Shown here: piece by piece, positions 36,019-48,789 of the stretch
Layout of the letters: every line of letters begins with the position of its first letter
Numbering within the stretch: position 1 is the stretch's first letter
Origin: Dimorphilus gyrociliatus
Taxonomy: Eukaryota > Animalia > Annelida
Direction: 5' to 3'
DNA: 64,000 nt
NCBI GenBank assembly: GCA_904063045.1
Contig: CAJFCJ010000005.1
Coordinates: 3,280,165 to 3,344,164 of the forward strand
Program-made: the position numbers and the translations under genes
The notes under the pieces: generated by a model
The model's input: only the letters and a program-made list of their open reading frames with translations
Databases searched by the model: none
What the model was told of the DNA's origin: nothing

Positions 36019-36651
36019 TTACATTACAGTCACTTCATAACCTTCATTAGTGTATGAAGCATTATTAGTTTCTTCTTTTATGGATCCAGTATCGTTGTCT
36101 GGCTGAATTTCATTGTCCTTGTCCTCAAACTTTAGAGTGTAAATTATAGAACATACTATTAAGATTAGTGCCATACTACCACCCGCAATACCTCCAATCA
36201 TGGTATTTTTTTTATAAGTCGACCATAAATTACCAAAGTAAGCTCCATGATAGTTGAGAGCTTTTTTCACAATTATCTTTTTACCGTCATTTCCAACTTT
36301 AACAACGCAGTGGTAAAATCCAAAGTGCCTTTCCTGAACTAAGCCAATATTTAAAATAAAACCGTTATTTGTTACATTCCAATAAGCAATTCCATCAAGA
36401 GTTGGAAATAAAACACTATCGCCATCCTCTAATATAGTCAGATCCGGTAATATCCAATATTCAAAACTAGTCGATTCAGCTATACCACTAACTCTTGAAT
36501 CATTGCAAACTAGTTGTTTATACTCATTGTATTTTGATTTAATATTAAAATCGTTATCATTTTTATAAGGTGTTCTATACCATTCTTTCATCTCAGTTAA
36601 ACAAATGAAGCAACTAAAAATGAACAAATTATTAAAAATATTTAATTGCAT
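36019..36651 (-). CDS. Type I membrane protein with a single Ig-like domain, intronless
   Basis: Hydrophobic N-terminus; Ig pattern LVC...W.LPD...L.I..V...HFGFYHCVV; TM segment MIGGIAGGSMALILIVCSIIY; acidic tail ending YTNEGYEVTVM. Confidence 0.75.
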   Translation of the reverse strand: MQLNIFNNLFIFSCFICLTEMKEWYRTPYKNDNDFNIKSKYNEYKQLVCNDSRVSGIAESTSFEYWILPDLTILEDGDSVLFPTLDGIAYWNVTNNGFILNIGLVQERHFGFYHCVVKVGNDGKKIIVKKALNYHGAYFGNLWSTYKKNTMIGGIAGGSMALILIVCSIIYTLKFEDKDNEIQPDNDTGSIKEETNNASYTNEGYEVTVM

Positions 36652-36860
36652 AGTTAACTTATTTTTTATTGTATTTGTTTTAATTTAAGGAAAAATATGA
36701 TATTCTTTGTTTTTTTCTATTCCTTTCCTTTGTTAATATTTATAAAAAAAATTATATTTCAGCTTGTACATCAATTTTATCAATACTCGTTCAAAGTTCG
36801 ATCAGATTTAATAAAACTTTTGTTATTTATCAATATTCTATAATACTTTTTCATTTTTTC

Positions 36861-36892
<32 letters not shown>

Positions 36893-37091
36893 CTTCTCTC
36901 TGTTCTCTTATTCAATCATATCGGTTATATTGAAATAGTACAAATGATATACATATTGAATTTATGACATTTGCGGGAAAGGTCATCAGTTTACCCTTGA
37001 ATATTTACCGTATTTATATTATATATAAATATATGTATATATATACTGGATAAAGTATCTTTATCTTACTGAGTCATTCTCTGTCTCTCCG

Positions 37092-37094
<3 letters not shown>

Positions 37095-37141
<47 letters not shown>
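37095..37141. repeat. Compound (CT)n(AT)n microsatellite
   Basis: Visible directly; it runs into a TACTGTA motif. Confidence 0.9.
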
Positions 37142-37142
<1 letters not shown>

Positions 37143-37563
37143 TGTATATAACCCTTTCATCCTCTCTACTTCGATTTCCCAATTTCACTGATTTATTTTT
37201 ATTAGCTGTTTATTAAACTGTAACTTTTGCAATATAATATATCTGCATACAACCTATATACAAAATGATTCACATAGTTTTTAATGAAAGTTACGACAAC
37301 AATGACACGTTCTTCGTTGTATCGTTATTTTTCTATTAAAAAATAAAGATAAAACAACAAATCCATTAGTTTATTTAGGATTTATATACTGTATATACAC
37401 TGCAGGTGTATTTGATGAATAGTTATTTACATGCTTGCCAGTTTGTCTTGATGTTCTCTATATGGAGGGGGAAAATTGAATCATTAATAAAATTCACTAA
37501 AATAAACCTTTTCTTTTAAAAAAAAAAGCAAAATCAATTAACATTAAAGATAAAATAAGCTAA

Positions 37564-38590
37564 CTAACCGCAATTTCTTAGAAAACTAATTAGATCATAA
37601 TCTCCAGTTGATTTGGCAAAATCTAGTGCAATCCTACCCTTTTTAGTTGTCGCCTTGATATCTCCACCATTGTTTACCAGCCACTTTACTGTAGCTAAAA
37701 TAAAGAGGAAATGTAACGATTTTTGATCTTTATGGGCCTATAAAAGTTATTAAAACCGTAATTATTTAAACAGAAAGCAGAGTATAACATAATAAAAATA
37801 ATAAAAAAATTAACAAGGGTTAATATTTAATTAGTTATTTAATGAATAATGTTACCCAGGTGTCCATTTTTGGCTGCCAGATGAACTGCTGTGCAGCCAG
37901 TAACGTCCGCTCTGTTTATACCAGATTTATCTTTTAATAATATCTATTTAATCAAGAAACAATTTGTTAAATACAAACTATTTAAAAATCTCACTATATA
38001 CAGTATAATATGTATAACATACCTCCAGAACTGCTATTCGACCATTTGCAGCTGCCTTATGTACTGCATTGCTTCCGTTGTCGTCTAATTCCAAAGGATC
38101 CTTTTGTTTTGTTTGTTTTAAATATAAAATAACATTAACAAATTAGAAGAGAAATTTTTTTTGTTAGTGAGAATGAAAGAAGAGAGAAGAAAGAGAGAAG
38201 AAGAAAAAAAACATTATGAAAACAAATATGAGCATAAAAATTGCCTTTTTTTAATTTGTATTTTATTTTATTTGAATGAAATGATAAAGGAAATGTAGGA
38301 TTTGAAAGATTACCTGACCATTCTCAAGGGCTGATGTTAATTCTTCAATATCACCAAAAAATGCTGTAAAACGAAGTATTAGTATCTATATATAGTCTAC
38401 TTATACAATATACTAATACTTTTATACGTATATACAGTATATACTATATATATATATATATAAAATAGTAAGAATGGCGTTTATATATAAGTTCCTTCTA
38501 ATATCCTCTTTAAAGAAACCGAGTAAAAAATAACACTATCTTCATTCTCTTACCAGCTTCGTTTATATTAATATCTTCGGCAACAAGCAT
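37564..38590 (-). CDS. Small ankyrin-repeat-only protein, 5 exons (not in ORF track)
   Basis: Spliced: MLVAEDININEA|AFFGDIEELTSALENGQ|DPLELDDNGSNAVHKAAANGRIAVLE|ILLKDKSGINRADVTGCTAVHLAAKNGHL|ATVKWLVNNGGDIKATTKKGRIALDFAKSTGDYDLISFLRNCG. All junctions are GT-AG and in frame. Confidence 0.88.
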
Positions 38591-38690
38591 ATTTATTTCA
38601 ACGCGCTGTAGATGAATTTATGGTTGCTAATACGAAGACGTCGTGCGTTTTTATTGACTCGGTACACTATATATGAAGATCAATTTCATA

Positions 38691-38704
38691 GTAACCATAG
38701 AAAC
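38691..38704. promoter_or_regulatory. RFX X-box between the divergent ankyrin and Mieap-like genes
   Basis: GTAACCATAGAAAC matches the 14-bp consensus GTHNYYATRRNAAC. Confidence 0.6.
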
Positions 38705-39164
38705 AGATGTGGCGCGGGAAACTTAGCTGTTTTGATTAGTTAAATGCGTATAGAAAATAAATAGTTGTTTAAATATCGGTGAATTTGTTACGCAATAATC
38801 AAAAATCATCATTAAATAATCTATTAAAAACAAATAAACAGAAGCAATTAACGTGCTCAGTCAGTAGAAAATTGACTGAAAGAAAGTGTCTCTCTTTCGT
38901 TTCATTCATCGGAGGGACTACTTTCATGAAAGGAGAAAAAAGGAAATTATGAATAAGAGGGAAGGTAGTACTTTTCTAGAACATAGAATAGTTTAAGCCA
39001 ACGAGAATTGATATGAGTCGGTTCTTGATTGATAAGATAAGATAAGACTCTTGTGTAAGCTACTGCCTGCTAATAAACCTCAAAAAGAATTCAATTGTTA
39101 GTATATAGCTGAAATTCATACCGAAAACATCTCAAGACAACATTAAATAACTTTCTAAGAAGTT

Positions 39165-41719
39165 ATGGGAAATAAATCAAGTAAGACAAAGAAGAACAGA
39201 GATCAAGAAGAACCAGTTAAAAAGAGAGATAAAAAAGGGATTAAGAAAGAACGACCTTTAAGCGAATCTGCAGTATCAGAAGTTGTATTCCGCAGGCCTG
39301 ATTCTTCCTTAACAGGAAGGCGATCACACTACGAGGATGTTATCTCTGAAATGGTGTTGTACCGTATTTTCTTTTCAATATTATTTAGTGCTAAGAATTA
39401 TTAAATTATTAACAAATGTCGTAAATATAAATCTATACAAGTGTATATACATGTAAATAGAGTAATCCTTCAAGAAGAAACCCTATCGTAAAGGAAGAAC
39501 CAGCGCCTGATTATAATGGAATGAATAGAAAAGATATAGAAGATTTATATGAACAAAGTATAAAAAAAGTAAGAATTTTCATCGATTGTTTATTTGTTTC
39601 TTTCTTTCTTGTCCTCCCTCCCTCCTTTCCTTTTTCTTTCTCGAATAATAATTGTTGTCATTATCACATTTACTATCAAAACGATTAGTCAGTTTTGTTT
39701 TGTATTATGCAAGTAACAAGAACAAAATATGAAAGAAAAAGAAAGAAAGAAATAACGATCCTATCCAATTTGTTTGAACAAATATAATATATAAATCATT
39801 TTATTCTCTGCTATCAAAAGGTGTTAGCCATATGGCCCGAGTACGATTGCCTTATGGATATCAATACGTCGGCTTTAGATTTGAGTTTAGTGAAAACTAT
39901 GCAACAAATATTTAATCGGTTAGTATATTAGACATAATATATGTACAGAATATATATATATATATAGTATATATAAGCAAATAACAAAGAGTTCTTTTTT
40001 TTTTAACAAGTGTCCTGTATCTAATTTCTAAAAATAAGTATTTTTCTCAATTAGTCAGACCTGGTGATAATAAATAATTGTCAGTTGTATTCTCCTCTAT
40101 TTTCTACTCTTCTTATCGCGCTCCTTTTTTCTAATAATATAACTTTTTCTCTTTTTTTTTGAAGTCTCTTCCAACAACATCATTCTTTTGAAAAGTTATC
40201 GAGGGATAAACATTCTTTGGAACAAAAGATAGAAGATCTCGATAGAATAGCTGAAAAACGTCGAAGATATATTCAATACTATAAAGAAGACATTGCCTTA
40301 TTACAGGATGATATCGTTAAACATGGTTATAGTCTGCCCAAAAACTTTGAACCTATTCAAGAAGATGATCTACTACACAATGACGATTCTGAAGAGGATA
40401 TTCAAAAGGAGGAAGTTCTTCGTAGATTAAGAGATAAAAAAATTTTTAAACCGACCTTTTCTCCAATTGAATCGGATGTAAGAGATGTAAAGAGGACACC
40501 GAGTCTTAAAGTTTCGATGGCAGCCCAGGCAGCTGCTGTAGCCAGACATTCTACATCCGGTAAAATTGAAATGAACTTACACGAAAAGATTAAAAGATTG
40601 CAAATGGAATTAGATAGGGAAAAGGATGAAAATAAAATATTAAACGAAAAGTAAGCATAATTTATTTTTACAAAACTCTTTTCCTATTCTTCCATCTTGT
40701 TTTATATATTAATTAAATCGTTTTTAATAATCTATTGATTTATCTAAAACATAAAAACAATCTCTTAATTTTTTCGTTAACAGATTAGAAACTATGAGGA
40801 GTTATCATTCTCCGAAAAAGAATATAGATAATAATAATTTAACGAAATTGAAAGCGAAATATGATCAACTACAAGAGTTTTCCAATAAGGTTTTTTCCCT
40901 TTTACGGCGGGAGGCTCACAATCTGGATTACGACCTCAAATGCCAATTTATATGCTCGGTTATAGAGGTTATTTAGATTTTTTCTATTAATGTTACTATC
41001 TAATTTGATATGAAGAAGTGTAAATATCTTTTTGTTTAGGAATCTTATTTTACGTCGGAAAAAGCCTTCAACAAGTTTAACACGAACTTGAAGTACCTTC
41101 TACACAATCCAACTGCTATCTTAAACTCTAGGGTGGGGATATTTTAGATTTAAAACATTATATATTCAAAATTAATAGAAATTTTTCTCCCAATTTCTCC
41201 CTGTCCCCCTTCCCTTCCCTCACTACTACAGTTTAATGACTCAAAGGCTTCCCAAATGAAACAGTATCCACCTGTCGAAGTTTTAGAGGAAGCAGCCCGT
41301 TTTCTCAAGGAAACAGCTCACAATATTCAAATTTCTACTCTAGCCGAGGATACCATAGATATACTTCTCAAAAGTCATCCAGAATGCATGATATCACCAA
41401 TAATGAACCATTCATCGTTTACCGATTTGTTACACAACTCTGTTCGCCTAACATGGCAGATGGTTACATCCGATCCACCATTGTAAAATTAACTTATAAA
41501 TAATTGATCTATTCATTCGACAATAACGCCTAGTATTTCTTACATAATAGATATATTGATGCCTCTAAGAGACGCTACGACCCTGAAGGACACATATCTA
41601 TCAATGATCTCGACAATCCGGATAGAGAATACTACGTCGATTTTTACCAATGGCCTATTCTACTTAGTCATAAGTATGGACGAGTTCTGAGTAAAGGTCG
41701 AGTTGTTCTAAGCGATTAA
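39165..41719 (+). CDS. Coiled-coil protein with a C-terminal Mieap/SPATA18-like domain
   Basis: MGNKSSK start; coiled-coil exons; C-terminal SVRLTWQMVTSDPPL...QWPILL....GRVLSKGRVV resembles the Mieap C-terminal domain. Orthology to SPATA18 is not established. Confidence 0.65.
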
Positions 41720-41915
41720 AAACACAGCTATTACTATTAAAAAAATAACCTTTTCTTTCAAGAACTTTTTCAATTAGAATACAAAAAATTTTTTTTCAAC
41801 TTTTACAAACTATACATTTATTTCTTTTTGTATTTATGATTTCCTATACTTAACAAAGGGAGAGGGAAAAAAGGCCTCTCCGCTTTTTTAGCTTATCCGA
41901 AAAGCAGAAATGGAC

Positions 41916-41946
<31 letters not shown>

Positions 41947-42621
41947 GAGAATAAATTCTTTTTCCACATTAATCTACGCCTATTTAAATCATAGTTGTAT
42001 ATAAAATAAAAGATGGCATTTGCACAATAAAAAAGAGAGAGAAACAAAATACTATCACTCTTACCTTTAACATGAATGATTCATTTACATTTCTTTCTAT
42101 TTATTTCTACACTTGTTTAAGCAAAAAGTTATTTTATTGAAGGACAAACACAAGCTTATTTTACCTTTTTGTTTGTAACATTTTATTCCTTGTCTTTTTT
42201 ATTGTTTGTAAAAAAATAAAAAACAATTATTTAAAGCACAAAAAAATACAACAAAACAATAGAATTATATTATAAATACATATATTTATGTAAATATATA
42301 TATATATACATATAATATATTCTTTTAAGTATTGAATAAAATATAGACCTAGTGATTTTTATTATTCGAAAAAAGATTCTGTAGAAAGCCAACTAGACAC
42401 GCCGCTGCTCGATCGATCTTTATCCTCGCTGTTAATTAGTAAATTCAATTAATTAGAGAATTTTTTTTCCTTCTTTTTATTAAACTATAAATAGAATAGA
42501 AAATGAGATAAAATAAGTAAATAGAGAATAAAGAAGGTGAAAATAAGAAAAAAAAAGTTATATTCTTTTTTTCTATTAAAATAATACGACCGTTTTCATT
42601 ATCAGATAAAGTCAGACAAGG

Positions 42622-44263
42622 TTATTGATAATGGGCTGATCTAATTTCATAGACAGTATATTTCTTTTTTAAAAAATTTACCAATGACTTACCTATTAAT
42701 AAAGCCTTTTCCGGTTGTATTCTGATAATAATTTGGCTATATAAAGAACACAAATGACATTAATAAATGAAATGAGCAGTATTCCTATCAGCAGAAAAAC
42801 ACATACCGTTGAATTGTGAAAATTTTTGAGAAGAGTCAGAGGAATATGGCGTCTCTTTTTAAAATCTGAAAGATTAGTTTTTAATTAAGTATCTATATTG
42901 TTATTGTTTTCTTTGGATTAATGGTATTACCGCACTTATGGTGATTTTCTCTTATTAGTTTATTTCTATAGGCTATATATTTGCTTTCATCTATGCTCAC
43001 TGAAATCTTCCATCTTGGTTCAGTTTTACAAAATATTCTCGTTAATCTTTCAGACCAGTAACCTAGTTTGGAATATCAATAATTTATATAAAGCTCTCAC
43101 TAATGAAGAATTATCTTGCCCGTTTTGCATTTAAGCCACAAATCATCCACTGCATTTAAAGTGCAGCAATGCAAAAGTAAAATTAGACTGCCACTATATG
43201 CGTCTGCTAAATGACGCTCCTTTTTGCATAGAGTATCTACAAGTTCTCGGATCTCTCTGAGATGAGACGTGTTGTGAGGTGTTGCCGGTTTAGTTTGAAT
43301 AAAATCTGTAGCAACTTGAGCTAACTCTATATATCAAAAAACAACAGAAAGGTTTAACAGTTGGAACAAAAGCCAATAGCTGTAAAGTAGTGTTTTTACC
43401 AGTAATTTGATCCAGTAATTGTAGGCGTTTGCTTTCAATGTTCTCTTCAAAAGACAATTCATGCTTCGTGCGTGATCTCGTTGCGGGCGGAGTTCGGTAG
43501 GGAGTAGTTCTATGTTGTGTTCGTGAACGTTTCATTGGTTCAGCACTAGATGGGGTACTATGATATTGCGGCTCACCGGGAGGAGTTTCAAAAAAGTCCG
43601 TTCTAGGCTCAGGATTTAAACGTAGGGGAACACCATCTATAAGAATTATCCAGCTAATTTTAGCCTATTTAATACTTCGAAAATCGATATAGAAAACCTG
43701 TTTGAGAGGGGTGAATTGGAGTAGGTATTGGCTGAATTTTAGGGGTCTCATCTAATCTTGGCTCGTTTTCAATTACATTTTCATCTCCTCGAAACCAAAT
43801 TTCTAGATGTAACAAATAGATTTCAATTATTTTTATATTTCAGGTAGCAGTTCATTACTTAATTCTTCGACAATGTGTCCCTGATCGAATCTTTCTAGCA
43901 CGTTGCAAAATTTTAGGAAATGAAGGTTTGATCTTTTTTGCAAGTGAGTTAACAATGATCGAATTTTTTCCGCTTCTGAACCCGAATCTCTATCGCATAG
44001 TCTTTCATATTGTCTCCCAGATATCACATCGTCCACTTTAAGATCAGATATAATATCCTCGAGACTAATACATTGGACTAATTTATCCTGATTATTCTGC
44101 AAAAGTTTATTAATTTCAGCTTTCAGTGGTCTTCTATCTGCAAATATTTATATTTATAAATAAATCAATCTATTAAACAGATATTATTTACTGTAAACTT
44201 ACGATCTTTAGACTCTATGTTAAAATGATAATTTAAATTTTCCAATATAGGTATATTAGCCAT
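42622..44263 (-). CDS. CARD-containing adaptor: CARD, Pro-rich linker and TRADD-N/DEDD-like alpha/beta domain; multi-exon, one GC-AG intron
   Basis: Exon 1 is 44263-44203. CARD LLQNNQDKLVQCI...LKVDDVIS...AEKIRSLLTHLQKR...FLKFCNVLERFDQGHIVEEL; intron 43858-43803 removes the apparent stop. Later exons give YSGSLILLLHCCTLNAVDDLWLKCKTG|YWSERLTRIF...ISVSIDESKY; stop at 42622-42624. Confidence 0.72.
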
Positions 44264-45219
44264 CCAATATGTCAAACGATTAAGATTTGCATCAGGTCTA
44301 ATCCTATTTGTAACTACTCAATAAAAATTCCCTAGGATCTTCAATAATTAACATTAACTTAATAACGCGGCAAACTCAAACCAATTTGGAAAAACATACA
44401 AATTTCAATTTTCTTGATATGTCGAGGCGCCCCCTACCCAGTTATCATTCACAGAATAAGAAAAGAGAACAAGAGAAAAGATAGAACAACTATTGTTAAA
44501 AGAATCTAGTTAAAAATAGCTTTCTTTTAAGGTAGAAAGTACAATACATAAAAAACTAAGAAAGAAAACATATATAAAAACCGCATAAAAGCTAAATGAA
44601 AGCAAAAAAGAATAAACTATTCAATTACGTTTTAAAAAAAGGTAACAATTTCTATTGATCCTTCTAAATTTCGATTAGTAAGGAAATTCTTTATGATAAA
44701 ATTCACTATCAAAGATCTTATAACGTTGGATTTAATCAATAAAAAAACTCGTTATTTGATGTTTAAAAATAGAAGATTTGCAGAGTTTAATTATAATATA
44801 AAGAAAATTTAAGGGAAGAGCTAACCCTTATCTTCATTGAGTGTTTAAGTAATTAGCACTACACGTGTTTCCCAAATGCTATTCTGTCCTCATTAAAGGA
44901 GATATAAGTTTCCTAATGTTATGCATTAGGTGGCGTTGTAAGTTCAAAGTAAAAGAAAAAATGTTTATGAATATAGTTCAGAAATAAGAATGGTAGAAAT
45001 TGAACAAAAACAAAGGTTATATAATAAATTCTACATTTAAAATAAATATAGGCTTTTATTTAAATAAATTGTATTTTATTAAACGATATATTATAAAATA
45101 GTCTTAAAAGTGTGATAAATGATTTATATGTCGGCAAAAAATTTCGTTTATTCACTAATAAAACAAAATTTATGGGTAAGTAGCATATTATATGGACGGA
45201 AAAGAACATATGAAACACC

Positions 45220-47014
45220 TGTTGCCAAGTCATTGAAGTAGTTCTGCTATCTCTGGTTGAGGATTCTCTCCGTACGAAGCTCCCCAGTAGTAATAAGGTC
45301 TTATTGTATTGCTAAGTCGCGATAAAATCGTTTTTCCATCGACGATGTACGGTTCAAAATCGACATTCTTACTTTCTAAACGTCCACTATCGAGTAGTCT
45401 ACAGAAGGCCTATAAAAGGAGAGAGGGAAAAAAGAAGGAATAATTGTTTACTCAAGTTTTACTTCAATGCCATTAATGGATAGTGATAAAATGGCGTAAA
45501 ATTTCTATATTTAGGCAGAAGATATAAAAAACAGGAAGGAAACTAACGATTGCAGCGGATTGTTCCAGTTTGTTGCCCCAAATATAAACGTTCGCTAAAG
45601 TTGTATTGATCCGTAAGCAATCGGCGAGAGCGCAAAGACCTTCTCCGCTTATTTGATTGTAGGTCACATCCAAACTGAAAGATTAAAGACACGAGTTAAA
45701 CACTATAGCATAAAAAAAGAGATTGGGGGAGGTTTTCGAATATCCCTCCGTAATTCTTTCCCTTCTTCTTCTTTCAGTGGGCAAAGGTCTATTAATAGAA
45801 AAAAGAACTTACGTTGTCAAATTTGTATTCAGACCAGCCAAGGTCTGAGATAAGGCGACGGCTCCGGCATCCTTAATTTCGTTTGACGACAAATCGAGTA
45901 CCTTTAAGTGTGTATTGTTTCTCAGCACGTTTGTCAAATGTTTGACGCCGTCTTGACTTATACGATTGCTGGATAATTATAAATTCAGTTTCTTTTTTTG
46001 GTTATTTTCCATACTATTTTTATACATTGTATATAGAACTTTAATATTTATACTTACCAGCTCAAATTCAAGTACGTAATTGTGTAATTAGTTTGCAAGC
46101 TTTCCGACAACCACAAAGCCCCGTGATCTCGCATATCGAATTTTGCCATATGCAATTCGGTCAAAGTTTTATTTATCTTCAACATTTTAGCAAAGTGTAT
46201 AGTATGTTCTTCCTGTTTGGTAAACAGTAGAGGCCTATTCACAACAAGCGACTTCAGAGTAAAATTTTGCAGAAGGACAGTTGAGAAAGCTATTAGACTT
46301 TGAATTTCTAAATCCGTATCTCCTAAGTCCAAGCAGGCTAAACGGGTATTAACTTGGAGCATCTGAGCGAAGGCCATTCCGCCAGTATTACCAATTTTAT
46401 TACCAGTTAAACGCAATGTAGTGATCGTATCATTTTTCTGTAAGTATTTTTAGTATTAATTATCATATATTAGCCACTCAAAATAGATTTTCTTTACCTC
46501 CATGCAACTGGCAATAATGATGGCTCCAATTTTAGTTATATCATTGAACATTAAATTTAGGTCTTGGAGCGTAACCGTCTCCTGAACAAGAGCTCCTATA
46601 GCCTGTGCTCCTTCATCTGTAATATTATTATAACGTAGATCCAACCCGGTGATAAAAAGATTGTTTCTCAGCGTTAGATATAAGATTTGAGCATCCTATT
46701 CAACGATTTTTAGGAATTAATTTAGAGTGTGGAATACTGATTCCATTATAAGCAAGAACAAACCTTATCGCCTAATCGATGGTCTGTATAGTGATGATTA
46801 TTACCCGCTAAATACAGAAGTAAACCATCTTTCTGGTTTCTGATGGGGATAAAAAGCTCTTATTTATTTATTTATTGCAGAACACCAATAAAACATACTT
46901 TTTTAACAAAGCTTCTTCCTTTTTAAGTACTTTGATAATATGGGAATCAGGTTTTTCGCTTTGAGAAGAACAAACTTCATTATACCTTGACAACGTTTCA
47001 ACAATATTCGACAT
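45220..47014 (-). CDS. LRRC34: Leucine-rich repeat protein 34 (RNase-inhibitor-like LRRs)
   Basis: LYLAGNN, GLDLRYNNITDEGA, LRLTGNKIGNTGGMAFAQMLQVN, LVVNRPLLFTKQEEHTIHFAKML, LANVYIWGN and VDFEPYIVDG...YYYWGASYG. The exact C-terminal end is uncertain. Confidence 0.88.
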
Positions 47015-47328
47015 GTTACTAGCTATACGCTGACGTATTTTCTATTAGTTATTTTTAAATATATCCAATTTTCAAACAGCTTTAATTATTGTTCTATCAA
47101 TGAAAATTTTACTATTTTACTTTATTCATTAACAATATTTGCTATCCTTGCTTTGATTTATCATATACTTCAATTATTTTCGTATCATAATACAAAACCG
47201 CGGTTTCTATAAACAAATCGACTGTGCCAAATTGAGTTCCAATTTAGGACACCGTAGGAACTGAGGGGGCTGTGTTTCCTGGAAAATTTTCTAATATTTT
47301 GACAACTCTATCTTTCTTATCAATAAGA

Positions 47329-48789
47329 ATGAGCCTAACTGACTTAAATGAATTAGATGAGAAGGTTATTAAAAATTTTCGTCAATTACTTTTTTATCCC
47401 AATACCAAGCGATATATTTACAATTTTGTTAAAGAAAGAGCGATAAAATATTGAATTTAATTTTTGCAGGGCTATACTTCTTTAATATCTGCTGTTGTAG
47501 CCTATTTAAAGAATCAAAAGGTATTTATTGAGATAATAAGTTGTCCCAGAAATTATGATAATATCAGCAATTTTTTAGACGGAGCCTTTGACGGCAACCG
47601 TATCTTCCATCTCGTCAGAGTTTGGAGTTCCACTTAAAAAACTAAAGTTATGTACCAAGCATATAGTTACCATACTGTCAGGTAAACTTTTCCATTATAA
47701 CCCTGAACTTTCGTAACACAGTTAATCGCTATCAAAACAGAAACCCACGAAGAGACTGCCATTCTTACTTCCCTCACTGAACAAGGTAGGCCTACAGACA
47801 ACGAGCTAAAAAAAATACCCCGCGTTCTTTGATTGTAGCCCTCATCATTAGTATATCTTTAAAATTGTAATTAAAGAATTAATAGAATTTCAATATTAAA
47901 CGTACACAAAGAAAAAGAGTTCGATACGCTAATTAATTGTTTAGTTTTGTTTAAACAAATTACTTACAAATTGTCTTCAGAAGATGTTTTCAATTGTTGA
48001 AATAACATTTAATGTTTTAAAACGTTATTTATTTTACAATTTCAGGTTTGAACGATGACCAGGCTAAGACAATCCTAAAAAAAGTAAATTGCACGTTTTT
48101 CCGTTTAGTTAAAATGTTATGCTATATTTTTGTGTGCTTGTTCAGTTGAACGCGAGCGAGGACAATGCTAAGGAGCCGTTAATGCTGAACAAATTAGTAA
48201 ATATTGACTGGAAGTTTGGAAGTACGTCTTATAACTAGTTCCTACCTTATTAAAACATTGAAAAAGGAAAAGAATTATATATAAATACAGTATACTGTAT
48301 ATCTATGCTTAAATACATATATATATATATATATAGTATATATATTTATATGAACTAAATGTTTGTATAATACTAAATATCAGCCTATATTTCAGTAACG
48401 GCATCTTCAAGTCAGTGTGAAAAATTTGGTTCAGCATTTTTTCAGGTAAATTTATAAATCTAAACCAATAGATTAATTAATTTATTTAACTTTTCTTCCT
48501 TAATCTTATTTAAAAGATAAAGCTTTATTTCTTGTTTAATATCTCTTTCTTTTATTTAACTTTTAGATGAAATTATCGATTGAAAATGATGGAGCAGTTA
48601 AACATGTTCCAGTAGGTTAGTAATATTACATAACCTACCTTAAGTATACAAAATATATAAATATATATTGCATAACCTTTAAACGTTTCTTTTTTGTGTT
48701 TTTTAGAAATGAATGTATCGCAATTTTACAATTTACTTCACGAATTGGAGAAAGCTAAAAGTTGCGTCGAAAGTGTTTCAAAAACTTAA
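47329..48789 (+). CDS. COMMD7: COMM domain protein 7 (only its 5' end appears in the ORF track)
   Basis: Small exons join in frame, ending LMLNKLVNIDWKFG|.TASSSQCEKFGSAFFQ|MKLSIENDGAVKHVPVE|MNVSQFYNLLHELEKAK, which matches the COMMD7 COMM domain. Confidence 0.85.

Noticed and set aside
43100-43130. Apparent frameshift or pseudogenisation in the CARD gene
   Set aside because: Fully explained by a 57-nt GC-AG intron.
43833-44102. CARD-only protein suggested by the ORF track
   Set aside because: A phase-1 GTAATG donor at 43858 and an acceptor at 43803 remove the stop and link the CARD in frame to downstream exons. A retained-intron short isoform remains possible.
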